From Chlorobium sp. (GTDB lineage Bacteria > Bacteroidota > Chlorobiia > Chlorobiales > Chlorobiaceae), in assembly GCA_028281345.1 (NCBI GenBank), contig JANQKB010000051.1, positions 7,276 through 71,275 on the forward strand: a stretch of 64,000 bases of DNA, written 5' to 3'. Every line of letters begins with the position of its first letter. Position 1 is the stretch's first letter. The translations under genes were made by a program, and so were the position numbers. The notes under the pieces are model-generated. The model worked only from the letters and a program-made list of their open reading frames with translations, did no database searches and was not told the DNA's origin. Shown one piece after another: positions 52,102 through 64,000 of this stretch.

Positions 52102-52118
52102 GTTTAACCGTTAGTATG

Positions 52119-52928
52119 TTAGTCGTTCCTCAACGCCTTCCAGAATTCAGAAGCCATATCAGCCGCTTCCTCAGGGGTCGAGGCATCCCGAACTGCCTGC
52201 AACAGAGCGGTACCGACAACAGCACCGTCGGCAAGGCTCCACATTTTTTCCACACGTTCCCAGTTCTTGATGCCAAAACCAACGACGAACTTCTTTTGTG
52301 TATTCTCCCTGACCCGGTGCAAATAGGCTTCAGTATCAGCGTCACGCCCGGCGTCAACCAGCTTGCCTGTGCCGGTCGTCGCATTGACCGCAAAACAGTA
52401 AGAAAAATCAGTAGACAACCCGTCGATCATCCTGATGCGTTCGGAAGGAGTAACAGGAGAAATAAAAAAGACGACGGAAAGCCCAAATCCCTGGGCTCTG
52501 GAAAGAAAACTTTCCGCTTCCTCAGGAGGCAGATCAGGAATGAGCAGCCCGTCCACCCCGGCTTCCGAAGCATCGTTCAGAAAGCAGTCTCCACCATAAG
52601 CCATCAGGGGACTGCAGTACCCCATAAGCAGAATTGGAACGGTTATCTTTTCACACCCTTCTCCCGCCCTTGCTTTTCTGACCGAATCAAGAATACCCGC
52701 GATATGAGTACCGTTTTTAATCGCCACCTGGGCAGCTTCCTGTATCACAGACCCGTCACCTATGGGGTCGGAATAAGGTATGCCAAGCTCAATGATGTCC
52801 GCCCTGCTCCTCTGCAGTGCTTCAAGAACAGGCAGCGTCGATCCGGGAACCGGATATTCGGGCATATAGTATGCTATGAGAAGCTTTCTCTGCTCCTGCA
52901 TTAACTGTGAAATCCTGTTTTGCTCCAT
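52119..52928 (-). CDS. trpA: Tryptophan synthase alpha chain
   Basis: DIIELGIPYSDPIGDGSVIQ, LMGY, DGLLIPDLPPEE, VVGFGI, ADGAVVGTA. Confidence 0.96.
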   Translation of the reverse strand: MEQNRISQLMQEQRKLLIAYYMPEYPVPGSTLPVLEALQRSRADIIELGIPYSDPIGDGSVIQEAAQVAIKNGTHIAGILDSVRKARAGEGCEKITVPILLMGYCSPLMAYGGDCFLNDASEAGVDGLLIPDLPPEEAESFLSRAQGFGLSVVFFISPVTPSERIRMIDGLSTDFSYCFAVNATTGTGKLVDAGRDADTEAYLHRVRENTQKKFVVGFGIKNWERVEKMWSLADGAVVGTALLQAVRDASTPEEAADMASEFWKALRND

Positions 52929-52945
52929 GAGTGAACTGCAACTGA

Positions 52946-53635
52946 TTATCCTAAGACAAGTTTTGGAATGACGAAAATATCAAGCAGCATGGAAACCATG
53001 GTCATCGTATGAAGCAGAACACTGCCCCATACATTTTTGCTTTTCAGTACAATATATCCCCCGACAATACCTATAGGAAACGCCATCATGGCCATCAAAG
53101 CACGCTCAAACATACCGACCGGCGCAACGGCAAAATGATTGATCGTATAAAAAATCGCCGTAAGAAATACCGTAAGGTGACCATTGATACCCCTCTGAAT
53201 CATCGAGGAAAACATGATGCCCCGCCACAGGAACTCTTCAGCAAGAATAAGTACGGGGAAAGCATACATCAGCGACTTGCCGACAAGCAGTATCTCCATT
53301 TCAGCCATGGGAGTCCCGCCGTTTTTGTAATACATAACCGTATTCATGATATCCATCAGAAAAAGGACAGCACCTGCTATTGCTCCCCAAAAAAGTGATT
53401 TTTTCAGGTTTCCTCCCGCAAGGAACATCTTTTGCCAGTCACCGTACACATTTCCCCTGTACAAAACGATTCCTATAGAGCCAAACAGGTAGAGAAAAAG
53501 TGCGGGCCACTCCATGAAAGGCGTAAAATGTCCGACAAGACCTGTAATCCAGATGAGTGCCATCAACCCGAAGGAGAGCTTCAACCTTTCTTCGTCACCT
53601 GCGGTTACGGCAGGCAGCGTCTTTACTGATTTCAT
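52946..53635 (-). CDS. CPBP (CAAX/Abi) family intramembrane metalloprotease
   Basis: AEEFLWRG, F...H and H...N-like motifs; multiple TM segments. Confidence 0.85.
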   Translation of the reverse strand: MKSVKTLPAVTAGDEERLKLSFGLMALIWITGLVGHFTPFMEWPALFLYLFGSIGIVLYRGNVYGDWQKMFLAGGNLKKSLFWGAIAGAVLFLMDIMNTVMYYKNGGTPMAEMEILLVGKSLMYAFPVLILAEEFLWRGIMFSSMIQRGINGHLTVFLTAIFYTINHFAVAPVGMFERALMAMMAFPIGIVGGYIVLKSKNVWGSVLLHTMTMVSMLLDIFVIPKLVLG

Positions 53636-53672
53636 TTGCCTGTGGTGATTTTATAGAGTTTAACAAAAAGAG

Positions 53673-54353
53673 TTAAATATAGTTGGGCCGCTTTTCATAA
53701 TCAATCGGGTCGGGCATCCCGACCTGCTGAAAAGCTCTGAGTCTGCGAGCGCAACTGTCACAGACCCCGCATGCGCTACCCTCACTTTTGTAACATGACC
53801 AGCTATGAAAAAACGGGACATCGAGTTCAAGACCTTTTCTGACAATCCCGGATTTCTGCAGCTCTATCAGCGGCGTCTGTATTTCAATTGTTGTTTCAGG
53901 CCTTGTCCCAAGCTCGATAACCCTGTTGAAAGCATCATAAAACACTTTTCGACAGTCAGGATATCCGGAAGTATCCTCTTCGACCGCACCAATGAATATT
54001 TTGTTTGCCCCGATAACCTCCGACCAACTTACAGCCATGGAAAGGAAGCTCGCATTTCGAAACGGCACATAACTCGAAGGCACTTCCGAAGCCATCAGGC
54101 TTGCCTGCTCTACCGGGATGGAACTGTCGGTCAGCGACGATCCTCCTATATGTGCAAGAAAAGGCGCATCAACCTCCAGCCTCTGTTTAATATTGTAATG
54201 GCTGCATATTTTCCTGAATGCTGCCTGCTCCTTCTGCCATGTGCGCTGACCGTAATTAACATGCATCGCTGCAACATCATACCCCAGGAAATCCGCCTGG
54301 GCTGTTACAACAAGACTGTCCATTCCACCGCTTATCAACACTACGGCTCTCAT
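53673..54353 (-). CDS. queC: 7-cyano-7-deazaguanine synthase
   Basis: SGGMDS, YGQR, YVPFRN, SGYPDCR, SWSCY, CGVCDSC..R. Confidence 0.96.
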   Translation of the reverse strand: MRAVVLISGGMDSLVVTAQADFLGYDVAAMHVNYGQRTWQKEQAAFRKICSHYNIKQRLEVDAPFLAHIGGSSLTDSSIPVEQASLMASEVPSSYVPFRNASFLSMAVSWSEVIGANKIFIGAVEEDTSGYPDCRKVFYDAFNRVIELGTRPETTIEIQTPLIELQKSGIVRKGLELDVPFFHSWSCYKSEGSACGVCDSCARRLRAFQQVGMPDPIDYEKRPNYI

Positions 54354-54484
54354 TGTTTCTCTAACTTCAGGTTGATTAATGGTACACTCCCCATCTCACA
54401 TTTCCTGCAGCCGGCTATCTTCTCCCGGTTACAAATGCAGTTATGCCGAGTCCAGGTATAGACCAAAGTAGGAATTTTCCCCAT

Positions 54485-54520
54485 AAAAAAAGCTGTCCCG
54501 ACTAACACCGGGACAGCTTT
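54485..54520 (-). terminator. Terminator after groL
   Basis: aaagctgtcccg/cgggacagcttt stem with an adjacent A run. Confidence 0.88.
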
Positions 54521-54544
54521 CAGTAACACACTCCAGCGGCACTC

Positions 54545-56197
54545 TTACATCATGCCGCCCATGCCACCCATACCGCCCATGCCACCTGGAGGCATAGCCG
54601 GCATATCGGGCGCATCTTCCTTGACATCAGTAATGGCGGCTTCAGTGGTCAGGAGAATTCCTGCAACCGAAGCTGCATTTTCAAGAGCTGTTCTTGTTAC
54701 CTTGGTGGGATCGACAACCCCTGCTTCCGTCATCTTCTCATACTCCTCTGTTCTGGCGTTGAAACCAAAGTCGCCTTCTCCCTGCTTTACCTTCTCGACA
54801 ACAACTGCTCCATCAGTTGTTCCGGTGTTTGCAACGATCTGACGCAAAGGTTCTTCAAGAGCACGGCGAACGATTTCCACGCCGGTTTTCTGGTCTTCGT
54901 TCTCCGGCTGTACATTATCCAGACCTTTTGCAGCGCGAATCAGGGCAACACCGCCGCCTGCGACAATACCTTCCTGAACAGCAGCACGTGTGGCGTGAAG
55001 AGCATCTTCAACACGAGCCTTTTTCTCTTTCATCTCAACCTCGGTTGAAGCACCAATGTTGATAACCGCAACACCGCCCGAAAGCTTCGCAAGACGCTCC
55101 TGAAGCTTCTCAGTATCATAGTCCGAAGTTGACGAATCAATCTGATTTTTGATTTCGTTGATACGGGCCTTGATGTCGTCAGCCTGTCCCTTACCCTCAA
55201 CAATGGTTGTGTTGTCTTTATCAACCGTAACAGTTGCAGCCTGACCCAGGTAGGAGATTGTTGCGTTTTCGAGTTTATAGCCTTTTTCCTCCGAGATAAC
55301 GGTTCCGCCGGTAAGAATAGCGATATCCTCCAGCATGGCTTTACGACGATCACCGAATCCCGGGGCTTTAACGGCGCATACCTTAAGAGTACCACGAAGC
55401 TTGTTGACAACGAGAGTGGCAAGCGCTTCACCTTCGATATCCTCTGATATAATCATCAGTGGGCGACCCGACTGTGCAGTCTTCTCAAGTATCGGCAGAA
55501 GATCCTTCATGTTGCTGATCTTCTTGTCGTGAATGAGAATATAAGGGTCTTCAAGCTCGGCATCCATCTTCTCGGAATTGGTCACAAAGTAGGGAGAAAG
55601 ATAACCGCGGTCAAACTGCATACCTTCTACAACTTTCAGCTCGGTGTCCATACCCTTGGCTTCTTCAACGGTAATAACACCGTCTTTACCAACCTTTTCC
55701 ATCGCATCGGCAATGAGTTGACCGATTTCGGGATCATTGTTGGCAGAGATGGTTCCAACCTGGGCAATTTCCTTTTTACCCGAGATATCGCTGCTGATAC
55801 TTCTCAGCTCACCGATAACTCCTCTGACAGCCTTGTCTATACCTCTTTTGAGATCAATCGGGCGTGCACCTGCCGCAACGTTCTTCAAGCCTTCACGGTA
55901 GATCGCCTGAGCAAGAACAGTTGCTGTTGTTGTACCATCACCAGCGACATCACTTGTTTTTGAAGATACTTCACGAACCATCTGGGCTCCCATGTTTTCA
56001 AAGGAATCCTCAAGTTCAATCTCTTTTGCAACGGTGACACCGTCTTTCGTTGAGGTCGGTGCACCAAATTTCTTGTCGATGAGGACATTTCGACCGGCCG
56101 GGCCGAGTGTAACCTTTACGGCATCTGCGAGTTTATCGACGCCAACTTTGAGCTTTGCTCTGGCCGATGCGTCAAAGAGAATATCTTTTGCAGTCAT
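54545..56197 (-). CDS. groL: Chaperonin GroEL
   Basis: [35 protein letters not shown] and a GGM tail. Confidence 0.99.
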   Translation of the reverse strand: MTAKDILFDASARAKLKVGVDKLADAVKVTLGPAGRNVLIDKKFGAPTSTKDGVTVAKEIELEDSFENMGAQMVREVSSKTSDVAGDGTTTATVLAQAIYREGLKNVAAGARPIDLKRGIDKAVRGVIGELRSISSDISGKKEIAQVGTISANNDPEIGQLIADAMEKVGKDGVITVEEAKGMDTELKVVEGMQFDRGYLSPYFVTNSEKMDAELEDPYILIHDKKISNMKDLLPILEKTAQSGRPLMIISEDIEGEALATLVVNKLRGTLKVCAVKAPGFGDRRKAMLEDIAILTGGTVISEEKGYKLENATISYLGQAATVTVDKDNTTIVEGKGQADDIKARINEIKNQIDSSTSDYDTEKLQERLAKLSGGVAVINIGASTEVEMKEKKARVEDALHATRAAVQEGIVAGGGVALIRAAKGLDNVQPENEDQKTGVEIVRRALEEPLRQIVANTGTTDGAVVVEKVKQGEGDFGFNARTEEYEKMTEAGVVDPTKVTRTALENAASVAGILLTTEAAITDVKEDAPDMPAMPPGGMGGMGGMGGMM

Positions 56198-56244
56198 TGT
56201 TTAACGTTCCTCCTGAAAATATTTTAAGAGTATTATTTGAAAAA

Positions 56245-56532
56245 TCAGTCCAGAATGGCAAAGATATCAGACTCACGCATAATGAGATAATCTTCACCTT
56301 CCACAGCCACTTCAGTACCTGAATATTTACCATACAGTACTTTATTTCCAACCGCAACCTGCATTTCGAGGACCTGACCGCTGTCGGCAACCTTACCCGG
56401 CCCAACAGCAACAACTTCACCATACTGAGGTTTTTCTTTACCGGTATCTGGAATGTAAAGCCCGCCTTTGGTCTTCTCCTCTGCTGGCGCTGGCTTGACG
56501 ATTACTCGGTCAGCTAAAGGTTTTAAGTTCAT
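56245..56532 (-). CDS. groS: Co-chaperonin GroES
   Basis: [40 protein letters not shown]. Confidence 0.99.
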   Translation of the reverse strand: MNLKPLADRVIVKPAPAEEKTKGGLYIPDTGKEKPQYGEVVAVGPGKVADSGQVLEMQVAVGNKVLYGKYSGTEVAVEGEDYLIMRESDIFAILD

Positions 56533-56614
56533 CTTTCCTTCATAAGTTTTAGTTTAGAAAATGCGAATCTTCATTATACTACGGGGATCAACGGCAGACA
56601 TAATCAGCCGATCA

Positions 56615-56641
56615 TTAGCACTCTATAATGTCGAGTGCTAA
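56615..56641. promoter_or_regulatory. CIRCE element (HrcA operator)
   Basis: Perfect TTAGCACTC-N9-GAGTGCTAA upstream of groES. Confidence 0.97.
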
Positions 56642-56651
56642 AAACAGAACA

Positions 56652-56680
56652 AATATGAAAAAAAATTTCATCCCTGCCAA
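56652..56680 (-). promoter_or_regulatory. Putative sigma70 promoter of groESL
   Basis: TTGGCA, 17-bp spacer, CATATT, immediately upstream of CIRCE. Confidence 0.6.
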
Positions 56681-56765
56681 ATATTTTTCTGCCACGGACG
56701 GTGGAACGATAATTTCACTGAACTTGTTGATCTAAGGCACGTTATATTAATCGGATCGTGTTCTC

Positions 56766-57062
56766 ATGGATAAAGAAACCCTCTATAGAACAATCGGAAA
56801 AATCGCCGTAGAAAAATATGACAGTATCTGTTCGAAACTGAGTGACAATACCTCCACAGGTCAGGATCGTTGCAATGGCGAGCTGCTTTCCGAAATTATA
56901 GCCATGGCGAAAAACAGACTCACGGTTGCTGAAAATGAAAAAATCGCCGAGAAAGGTGGAGATGTATGGCTGGAGCGAACCTCGGACTCTCATTTTCCGC
57001 ATATCAGGCTGCACGGCGGAGCACTTGAAGACGACCCCCCTGAGCACAACTTCGAGAAGTGA
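56766..57062 (+). CDS. Hypothetical protein
   Basis: 98-aa ORF filling the groES-uvrA gap; no motif recognised. Confidence 0.6.
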   Translation: MDKETLYRTIGKIAVEKYDSICSKLSDNTSTGQDRCNGELLSEIIAMAKNRLTVAENEKIAEKGGDVWLERTSDSHFPHIRLHGGALEDDPPEHNFEK

Positions 57063-57107
57063 TGGAATAGTGACGAGAAAAACAATATCTGTTTCTTTGC
57101 AGACTCT

Positions 57108-59960
57108 TCACTTGCCACTCCCCCCATCAAGCCAGGGTTTCAGGTGAAGACCGGTAAGAGACCCTGAATCCTCAACTATTGACTCGGGTGTTCCAACCGC
57201 CACGACATCCCCCCCTTTGTCTCCTGCTCCCGGCCCCAGATCGATCACCCAGTCTGCCTGCTTGATGATGTCGGGATTGTGCTCGATGACCAACAGGGAA
57301 TTATTCTGTGCAAGAAGTCGTTCGAAACAGGTAATCAGCTTGAGAATATCATCAAAATGAAGACCTGTAGTCGGCTCATCGAAAATAAAAAGCGTATGCT
57401 CTACATCCGCTTTTGCAATAAAATGTGACAGTTTAAGCCGCTGTGCTTCTCCGCCGGACAGTGTACTTGATGACTGCCCAAGACGGATATATCCAAGTCC
57501 GACATCATCGAGAACCCCGAGCTTGCGCTGAATGGTTTTTTCACGGGAAAAAAATTCCAGCGCCTCCTGTACGGTAAGATCCAGAACTTCAGCGATGGAT
57601 AACCCCCTGTAACGAATTTCCAGGGTATCACTTTTATAGCGCTTGCCTTTGCAATCTTCACACACTGCCTCGATATCCGCAAGAAACTGCATTTCAATCT
57701 TAACCGTGCCTTCACCCAAACAGGTTTCACAACGCCCTCCAGGGATGTTAAACGAAAAGTATCCCGGTTTCCAGCCCCTTGACCGCGCCTCTCTTGACTG
57801 AGCGAAAAGCTGACGGATATCATCAAATATTTTCAGATAGGTAACCGGGTTGCTCCTGGTTGACTTGCCGATCGGCGACTGATCAACGTGCTCGATTTTA
57901 TGAACATACTCCGCTCCGGTAATAGAACGATGTGTCCCGACTTTTTCTCCCGTATTTTCTTTCGCCCGCACAATCCCTTTCTTGAGAATATCATTGACAA
58001 GCGTAGACTTTCCCGAACCACTGACACCTGTCACACAGGTCATGACCTGCAGAGGAAACCGCACATCGATATTCTTCAGGTTGTTCTGCATGGCTCCGGT
58101 AACCTCGATGCATCTTGAAAAATCAGGCTGGCGCCGCTTTGCAGGAACAGGAATTGTTTTTCTGCCCGCGAGATAGTCGGCAGTGAGTGATTCTCCTGTT
58201 TCGAAAATATCTCCGGGCGCTCCATGAAACATAACCTCACCGCCCATTCTTCCGGCCCTCGGGCCAAGATCAATGACCTCGTCCGCAGCCTCAATGATCT
58301 CACGATCATGCTCGACAACAACCACTGTATTACCGAGATCACGTAACCGCTTCAACAAGCGGATCAACCGTGCCGAATCGCTCTGATGCAATCCGATGCT
58401 TGGTTCGTCCAGAATATAGACAGCTCCGACGAGCGGCGACCCGAGTGATGTTGAAAGATTGATACGCTGGAACTCCCCCCCGCTCAACGTATGTGTAAGA
58501 CGATCAAGGGTAAGGTAATCGAGACCAACATCAAGCAAATACTTCAGGCGCTTCTGAATTTCCCGGAGAACAGCCCCGGCGACTTTCCTGTCAAATGGAG
58601 ATATATCGAGATCATTGAAAAAAACGCTGGCTTCCGCAATGTTCATCCGGCTTACCTCGCCGATGCCTTTCCCGGAAACCCTTACACACCTGGCTTCAGG
58701 CTTGAGTCTGCTGCCGCCACAGGCAATACAGGCTGCATAGCCCCTGTAGCGGCTGAGAAATACGCGCAAGTGCATTTTATAACCTGCGTCCTTTTCAATC
58801 TCTGCAAAAAAAGGCTGGATTCCCTTGTACCCCTTCTGCTCAATGCCCTTCCAGACAAGCTCTTTATGAACATGAGAAAGTTTTTCATACGGCTGGTCGA
58901 CCGGGATTCCTGTTTCATGCGCCACTTCAAGAAGCTTTCTCCTGTGTCGGCTGTACTTCTCGGAGTTCCAGCATGCGATAGCCCCGTCTGCAAGGCTAAG
59001 CGACTTGTTCGGAATCACCGCATCCTCATCAATGCCTGCAACCCGCCCGAAACCCTGGCACTCAGGACAGGCCCCAAGTGGAGAGTTGAATGCAAAAAGC
59101 TGAGGGGTTGGTTCCTGATACTCAACTCCATTCAACTCGAGACGATCACTGAAACGGAACGTCTTGCCTCCGACAACTTTCAGCACGGCATAACCACTGG
59201 ACTCGTTGAAACTCGTCTCCGCTGCCTGCGCTACCCTGCTGACGGTTTTTTCATCATGAGCTGCTTTAAACCGGTCAACAAGCACCATCACATGCCTGAT
59301 CTCTTCAGCACTCATACCGGCAATACGTTTACAGACCTCTTCATCGTTGATGTCGAGAACTTCATCCCGGTAAACCAGGCGGAAAAAACCTTTCTGCAAC
59401 AGATTATGCAGTTCCTTATCCACGGGACAACGATGCAAAGACACATCAGTATGACAGGGAAAGGGGAATCCGATAAAAAAACGGGTTCCTTCTTCAAGAA
59501 AACTCACCTGCATGCCGACATCTTCAGGCGTATGTTTTAACACCAGTTCATCAGTATCGGGTGAGTAAATTTTACCTATCCTTGCGAAAAGCAGCCTCAG
59601 GTAATCATAGATTTCCGAAACAGTGCCGACAGTCGAGCGCGGATTTTTCGGGACAGCTTTTTGCTCGATAGCAATCGCAGGGGCAATTCCTTCGATCGAT
59701 TCAATATCCGGCCGGGGCATTCTTTCGAGAAACTGCCGTATGTATGCCGACATGGATTCAACATATCTTCGATGACCTTCAGCGTAAAGCGTATCGAAAG
59801 CAAGACTTGATTTACCTGAACCGCTTACACCGGTAATAACGACAAATTTATTTCTGGGAATCCGTACCGATATGTTCTTGAGGTTATGAGTGCCGACTCC
59901 CTGCAGGACAATATCGGGAAGCATTACCTCTTCGCCTGAAACAGACCTTACTTTCTGCAT
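57108..59960 (-). CDS. uvrA: Excinuclease ABC subunit A (divergent paralog type)
   Basis: Two Walker A motifs (GVSGSGKS), LSGGE signatures, [11 protein letters not shown] and [11 protein letters not shown] zinc fingers. The ATG at 59960 is preferred. Confidence 0.93.
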   Translation of the reverse strand: MQKVRSVSGEEVMLPDIVLQGVGTHNLKNISVRIPRNKFVVITGVSGSGKSSLAFDTLYAEGHRRYVESMSAYIRQFLERMPRPDIESIEGIAPAIAIEQKAVPKNPRSTVGTVSEIYDYLRLLFARIGKIYSPDTDELVLKHTPEDVGMQVSFLEEGTRFFIGFPFPCHTDVSLHRCPVDKELHNLLQKGFFRLVYRDEVLDINDEEVCKRIAGMSAEEIRHVMVLVDRFKAAHDEKTVSRVAQAAETSFNESSGYAVLKVVGGKTFRFSDRLELNGVEYQEPTPQLFAFNSPLGACPECQGFGRVAGIDEDAVIPNKSLSLADGAIACWNSEKYSRHRRKLLEVAHETGIPVDQPYEKLSHVHKELVWKGIEQKGYKGIQPFFAEIEKDAGYKMHLRVFLSRYRGYAACIACGGSRLKPEARCVRVSGKGIGEVSRMNIAEASVFFNDLDISPFDRKVAGAVLREIQKRLKYLLDVGLDYLTLDRLTHTLSGGEFQRINLSTSLGSPLVGAVYILDEPSIGLHQSDSARLIRLLKRLRDLGNTVVVVEHDREIIEAADEVIDLGPRAGRMGGEVMFHGAPGDIFETGESLTADYLAGRKTIPVPAKRRQPDFSRCIEVTGAMQNNLKNIDVRFPLQVMTCVTGVSGSGKSTLVNDILKKGIVRAKENTGEKVGTHRSITGAEYVHKIEHVDQSPIGKSTRSNPVTYLKIFDDIRQLFAQSREARSRGWKPGYFSFNIPGGRCETCLGEGTVKIEMQFLADIEAVCEDCKGKRYKSDTLEIRYRGLSIAEVLDLTVQEALEFFSREKTIQRKLGVLDDVGLGYIRLGQSSSTLSGGEAQRLKLSHFIAKADVEHTLFIFDEPTTGLHFDDILKLITCFERLLAQNNSLLVIEHNPDIIKQADWVIDLGPGAGDKGGDVVAVGTPESIVEDSGSLTGLHLKPWLDGGSGK

Positions 59961-60111
59961 CACATTCTGTTGACAATGACTGATTGACGGCGGGTGCAAT
60001 AGCGGCTGCCCACAACAACCCCCCACCTGACTCAGGGGTTAATAAACTAACAGAAAATGGATTATGACACAATGCACATTATTAAACATGCAAGCACTTT
60101 TATGTCAACAT

Positions 60112-60534
60112 TCAGCGAAGACGGCCGTCCCGGCTTAACAGAAGAGCCGATACCGTTGTACCTGCCATAAGCGCATCGATCTTTCTTTCAAGCATGAACA
60201 TATAGCTGCGGTGAGAACACTTACTGACAATTTCACATTTTCCGCTTTCAACCGAACACCTCATAAGATGTGGAGTCCCTTCCGTTGCCCTTCCGATATC
60301 CGAAACATTTATGTTATCAGGCGATTTTGCGAGTTTGTAGCCTCCCTTGACCCCTTGAACCGATACAGCAAGACCGGCTTTCTTCAGATGCTGCATGGCT
60401 TTAGCCATAAACTCCTGCGAAAACCCTATCTCTGCAGCCATTTCCTTTACTGTAACTACCGTATCCGGCTCCTGACGTGCGAGGTAGACCACGGCATGAA
60501 GCCCGTATTCGAATTTTCTTGATACTTTCAACAT
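60112..60534 (-). CDS. Rrf2 family transcriptional regulator (3-Cys)
   Basis: MLKVSRKFEYGLHAV, LAVSVQGVKGGYKLAK, C-x6-C-x5-C. The ATG at 60534 is preferred. Confidence 0.9.
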   Translation of the reverse strand: MLKVSRKFEYGLHAVVYLARQEPDTVVTVKEMAAEIGFSQEFMAKAMQHLKKAGLAVSVQGVKGGYKLAKSPDNINVSDIGRATEGTPHLMRCSVESGKCEIVSKCSHRSYMFMLERKIDALMAGTTVSALLLSRDGRLR

Positions 60535-60672
60535 GGTATTGTATGCAATGGCTTTTCGTAAACAGGACAATTTTGAACCAATTTAATAATTATTCCATTA
60601 ATTAGCCTGTATATTTTAAGCTCTATCAGGTATATTACCTGCTAAATGCTCATTGCCACCGATATCAGTATC

Positions 60673-61545
60673 ATGAACGATCTCTCTTCAGATCTCTTTT
60701 TCAACTGGAAATACGAAAAGGGCAAAACCGCAAAAACGCGATACCGGGAGTTCGGTCAACCGACAGCAAACAAGCCGTCACTGCTGTTTGTTCACGGCTA
60801 CGGGGGCATGCTTGAACACTGGGACCAGAACATTCCTCCCCTTGTTGAGGGACATCACATACTGGCTATTGACCTCCTGGGTTTTGGAAAGTCCGACAAA
60901 CCCAATGCGAGATACAGTCTTTCACTTTTCGCCGAACAGATACGCTCATTTCTGGAATACAGGAAAGTTGATCATGTCATCATTGTCGGTCATTCCATGG
61001 GTGGCGCATCCGGGCTCTACTTCGCACATGAAAACCCGGATGATGTAAAAGGGCTCGTGCTTGCAAACCCTTCAGGCCTTTTTGGTGATTCAATGGATCC
61101 GATGGCGAAAACGTTTTTCGGCCTTATTGCTTCACCTGTCATCGGAGAAGTGATGTTTGCAGCTTTCGCCAACCCCGTCGGCGTCAGCCAGAGCCTTCTG
61201 CCCACCTACTACAACCAGAACAAGGTTGATTTACAACTGATCAGCCAGTTCACCAAACCCCTTCAGGATAAGGGCGCAGTATGGTCCTATCTGTCCCCGT
61301 CGCGAAGGCCGAACGACTTTACACTCGAATACCTCCCTAAACCCTGTAACTACAGGAACAAGGCGTTTCTTGTCTGGGGTGCTGAAGACAGTGCACTGCC
61401 CCCCCATAAAATCATACCTGAATTTCAGGAATTGCTGCCTCAGGCCGGAGCCTATATCATTCCGGAAGCGTCTCACTGTATCCACCACGATGCGCATGAA
61501 ACATTTAACGCCAGGCTCGACTATATTCTCACTCATGAACTCTGA
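60673..61545 (+). CDS. Alpha/beta hydrolase
   Basis: [36 protein letters not shown]. Confidence 0.9.
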   Translation: MNDLSSDLFFNWKYEKGKTAKTRYREFGQPTANKPSLLFVHGYGGMLEHWDQNIPPLVEGHHILAIDLLGFGKSDKPNARYSLSLFAEQIRSFLEYRKVDHVIIVGHSMGGASGLYFAHENPDDVKGLVLANPSGLFGDSMDPMAKTFFGLIASPVIGEVMFAAFANPVGVSQSLLPTYYNQNKVDLQLISQFTKPLQDKGAVWSYLSPSRRPNDFTLEYLPKPCNYRNKAFLVWGAEDSALPPHKIIPEFQELLPQAGAYIIPEASHCIHHDAHETFNARLDYILTHEL

Positions 61546-61583
61546 TCTCTGAACTGGAAATCATCTCCGGCAACCCACACCGG

Positions 61584-64000
61584 TCAGGATGTGCCAAGCC
61601 TTCTGTTCTGACGGAATCTGATATCCTGCAAGTGCGGAGCCTTGATTCCGATCTGGAAAAAGTAACTCCTGTACTCACCGGTCGGAACCCATTGCAATCT
61701 TACGTCCCAGCAGTCAAAATCACCATAGAGATTGAGCTGAGGATAGACAAGCTCACTCCTTTCAATATCGTAGCCGGTATTCAGTCCAAGGTTCCACACC
61801 TTGCTCAAAGACACCCTGGCTGATGTGTTTAGCAACGCTGTCGTCGTTGCCGGTTCAAGGGGCTCATATTTACTCGAATTCAGATAAAGCGACAACCTCA
61901 ACTGCCATGGAAGCCGTCTATTGGCATACCTGTATGCATCACGATCAAAGCGTTCCCTGTATATCGCTTTTTCGACGTGTATCTCATCGTAATCTTCAGA
62001 TGACAAGCCGATAGCCCTTCTTTCTCCATTGTTGTCATCCCCGGAGCCTTTGGAGTCAAAACTCCCCTTGAGGCTCAGGCTCATATTTACAAACCCCTGG
62101 ACAAAACGCAACAATCCATTTCCTTCATTAACATTCAGTTTATCAATACGTTCGCCCGTCACGGGATCAAAACCGTAAAAATCATATGTAGCACCTGCCC
62201 GCAATAACAGGTTGGGGGCGAGAGCATTGCTCGACGCCGAAAGCTTCAAGGGAGCAAGTCTCAGCGAATCTGCCGCGAAATTGTAACTTGTCGAAGCGGT
62301 AAGAGAAAGCAACTGGAGAATCCTGTCATTGGCTACCACACCCTCGGAGGAAACATCCCCTTTCAGCTTCGCCTGCAAAAGATTTTGTACGGATATGCCA
62401 ATTGCACTCTTTTCGGCAAAAACATTGTTATAGAGGGCGTTCTGGAACTTGCTGTAGCGTACAGGCTGGTTTAGTGCATCGATGTAGGTACCATAATAAT
62501 CATGGTCCTCTCCTGTAAAATCAGGATTGTAAGAAAACGTGAGGCTCGGGATTACAGTGTGCCGTAACGCCTTTACCCCTGTCAAATCCTCAAGCGTTCG
62601 GGAATACAACGTCCCGTATAACCTGGTTTGAGCATCAAGGTCCAGTGAATAGGTAGAAAAATGGACTGGATCATGTATCGTCTCCGTCACGACCTCATCG
62701 GCAATCGGATCGTAGTATTTTTCAATAAAGCTATCGACATAATAATTGTTAAAGTTAACGCTCCCGTTAACATTGAAGTACTTGAAAAGAGTTGACTGGA
62801 TGCTGAAAGGAAGCTCAAGTCTGGCTCCCCAGCGGTCATCATCGACCGGATTATTATCAATCCTTCCCTCAAGGTTGACCTGCTGGGCAAAGCTCGCTTT
62901 ATATCCTTTGGCAAACTCCTGCAGGTATGCCATCCGTAAACCGGCCTGACCCGTATAATCACTATAGTTCAGGCCATCTATTGTTGCATACTGTGCATTT
63001 GCTGATGCACGCGGGGTAAGGGAAAAACGGGACCTCCAGTCATCCGTCGGACCATCTTCACCCCGGAAAGGATAGATACGCTCCTGGTAGTAGGACATGC
63101 TCACCGACTGACTCAGGTCGTCGTTCCTGAGGTCTTGTGAGCGTTGATAACCTGCTGTCAGGCTTTTACTGCCCTCATCAAATGTTTTCGAAAAAGACGC
63201 ATAGGAATTGGCCTGTTCATTGATTATCGACTCCGGATTTATCGAATTAATGTCATAGTAACGGCGCCCGCCCTGATACATCAGATTAAGATCAAGCTTT
63301 GTGGTAGGGTCAAACCAATGGTGATGCACGAGTTTGACATTCCAGTTATCATAATCAGTATAGTCCGGGTCATCAGGGTGTGACAAAATGTAACGTTCAT
63401 ACTCCCCCTCGAGGTAGCCGTCGAAAAGGTATCGTTTCCTGTACCTGAAACGCTCCCCAAGCCGCCAGCTCCCGTTAAACGACACATCGCTTTCAAGACG
63501 AAGGTCCATATAATCGTCAAATGCCCAGAAATATCCGAGGTTTGAAAAATAAATTCCCCGCTCATCATCACTGAACTTCGGAACGAGAAATCCGGACGAA
63601 CGCTCGCTCTTTATCGGAAGAAACATGAACGGCAAAGGTACGAGAGGAACCGCAGGCATTCGCCAGAAAAAAGGTTTTGGCCTGATATACAGAATAAAAG
63701 GTCTGGCGACGACTTTGTCGCCGGGAATAATCTTCATATCCTTGCCGTAGAACCAGAAATCCGGATCATCTTTCGGGCATGTCGTATAGATACCGTCCCT
63801 GATATACAGCTCGCCCGTCTCCAGTCTTTTAACATCGGCTCCGGTATAGTACCCCTCCCTGATTTCCGACGACACATTGATTGTCCTTCCCTTTCTCGTG
63901 GAGAAATTGTACTTCATGTGTTCAGCCTCGAACCCTCCATCTTTGTCGGAGAACACGGGAAGCTCGGAAAACTCTCCAAGGGAGTCTTTTGCCGCAAAGG
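61584..64000 (-). CDS. LptD-like outer-membrane LPS assembly protein (start lies outside the window)
   Basis: [34 protein letters not shown] and a beta-strand-rich C-terminus. The frame stays open to the window edge. Confidence 0.8.
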   Translation of the reverse strand, partial: FAAKDSLGEFSELPVFSDKDGGFEAEHMKYNFSTRKGRTINVSSEIREGYYTGADVKRLETGELYIRDGIYTTCPKDDPDFWFYGKDMKIIPGDKVVARPFILYIRPKPFFWRMPAVPLVPLPFMFLPIKSERSSGFLVPKFSDDERGIYFSNLGYFWAFDDYMDLRLESDVSFNGSWRLGERFRYRKRYLFDGYLEGEYERYILSHPDDPDYTDYDNWNVKLVHHHWFDPTTKLDLNLMYQGGRRYYDINSINPESIINEQANSYASFSKTFDEGSKSLTAGYQRSQDLRNDDLSQSVSMSYYQERIYPFRGEDGPTDDWRSRFSLTPRASANAQYATIDGLNYSDYTGQAGLRMAYLQEFAKGYKASFAQQVNLEGRIDNNPVDDDRWGARLELPFSIQSTLFKYFNVNGSVNFNNYYVDSFIEKYYDPIADEVVTETIHDPVHFSTYSLDLDAQTRLYGTLYSRTLEDLTGVKALRHTVIPSLTFSYNPDFTGEDHDYYGTYIDALNQPVRYSKFQNALYNNVFAEKSAIGISVQNLLQAKLKGDVSSEGVVANDRILQLLSLTASTSYNFAADSLRLAPLKLSASSNALAPNLLLRAGATYDFYGFDPVTGERIDKLNVNEGNGLLRFVQGFVNMSLSLKGSFDSKGSGDDNNGERRAIGLSSEDYDEIHVEKAIYRERFDRDAYRYANRRLPWQLRLSLYLNSSKYEPLEPATTTALLNTSARVSLSKVWNLGLNTGYDIERSELVYPQLNLYGDFDCWDVRLQWVPTGEYRSYFFQIGIKAPHLQDIRFRQNRRLGTS

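Noticed and set aside
52946-53635. CPBP membrane protein as the bacteriochlorophyll c enzyme BciC
   Set aside because: I see only generic CPBP motifs and no photosynthesis gene context (trpA/queC neighbours), so I cannot support that call.
54545-54600. Tandem ATGGGCGG-like repeats
   Set aside because: These encode the ordinary GGM tail of GroEL.
56624-56629. TATAAT inside the CIRCE spacer as a promoter for the divergent 56766 gene
   Set aside because: There is no -35 element at the proper spacing, and the spacer sequence of CIRCE is unconstrained.

Overview
A 64-kb chromosomal segment of a green sulfur bacterium (Chlorobiaceae, Chlorobium/Prosthecochloris-like; inferred from the sepiapterin reductase, ArsA-like ATPase, monomeric Icd and NrdJ types). 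Most of it is housekeeping backbone: mutS, rplU-rpmA, mdh, radC, serS, SAM-I riboswitch-metY-metX, rsmB-xerD, rtcB, deaD, waaA, pdxA, ftsE, nrdJ, icd, fabI, pcrA, trpA, queC, CIRCE-groESL, uvrA and an lptD-like gene. Four accessory islets interrupt it. (1) A ~4.8-kb islet bracketed by a duplicated radC 3' end, carrying a pyruvoyl-type histidine decarboxylase, a DUF885-like HExxH peptidase and an S10 serine carboxypeptidase. (2) A PD-(D/E)xK nuclease-like gene plus a Fic gene. (3) A TIR-domain gene whose stop codon overlaps a well-formed ~61-bp integron attC site, with no integron integrase in the window. (4) An AT-rich three-lipoprotein operon next to a ParE-type TA pair whose toxin is internally frameshifted. 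Non-coding structure includes four full and two partial copies of a ~144-bp MITE-like repeat, three heptamer tandem arrays and a candidate minus-strand small RNA between mdh and radC. I saw no rRNA, tRNA, CRISPR array or transposase. All family assignments come from motif recognition, not database searches.
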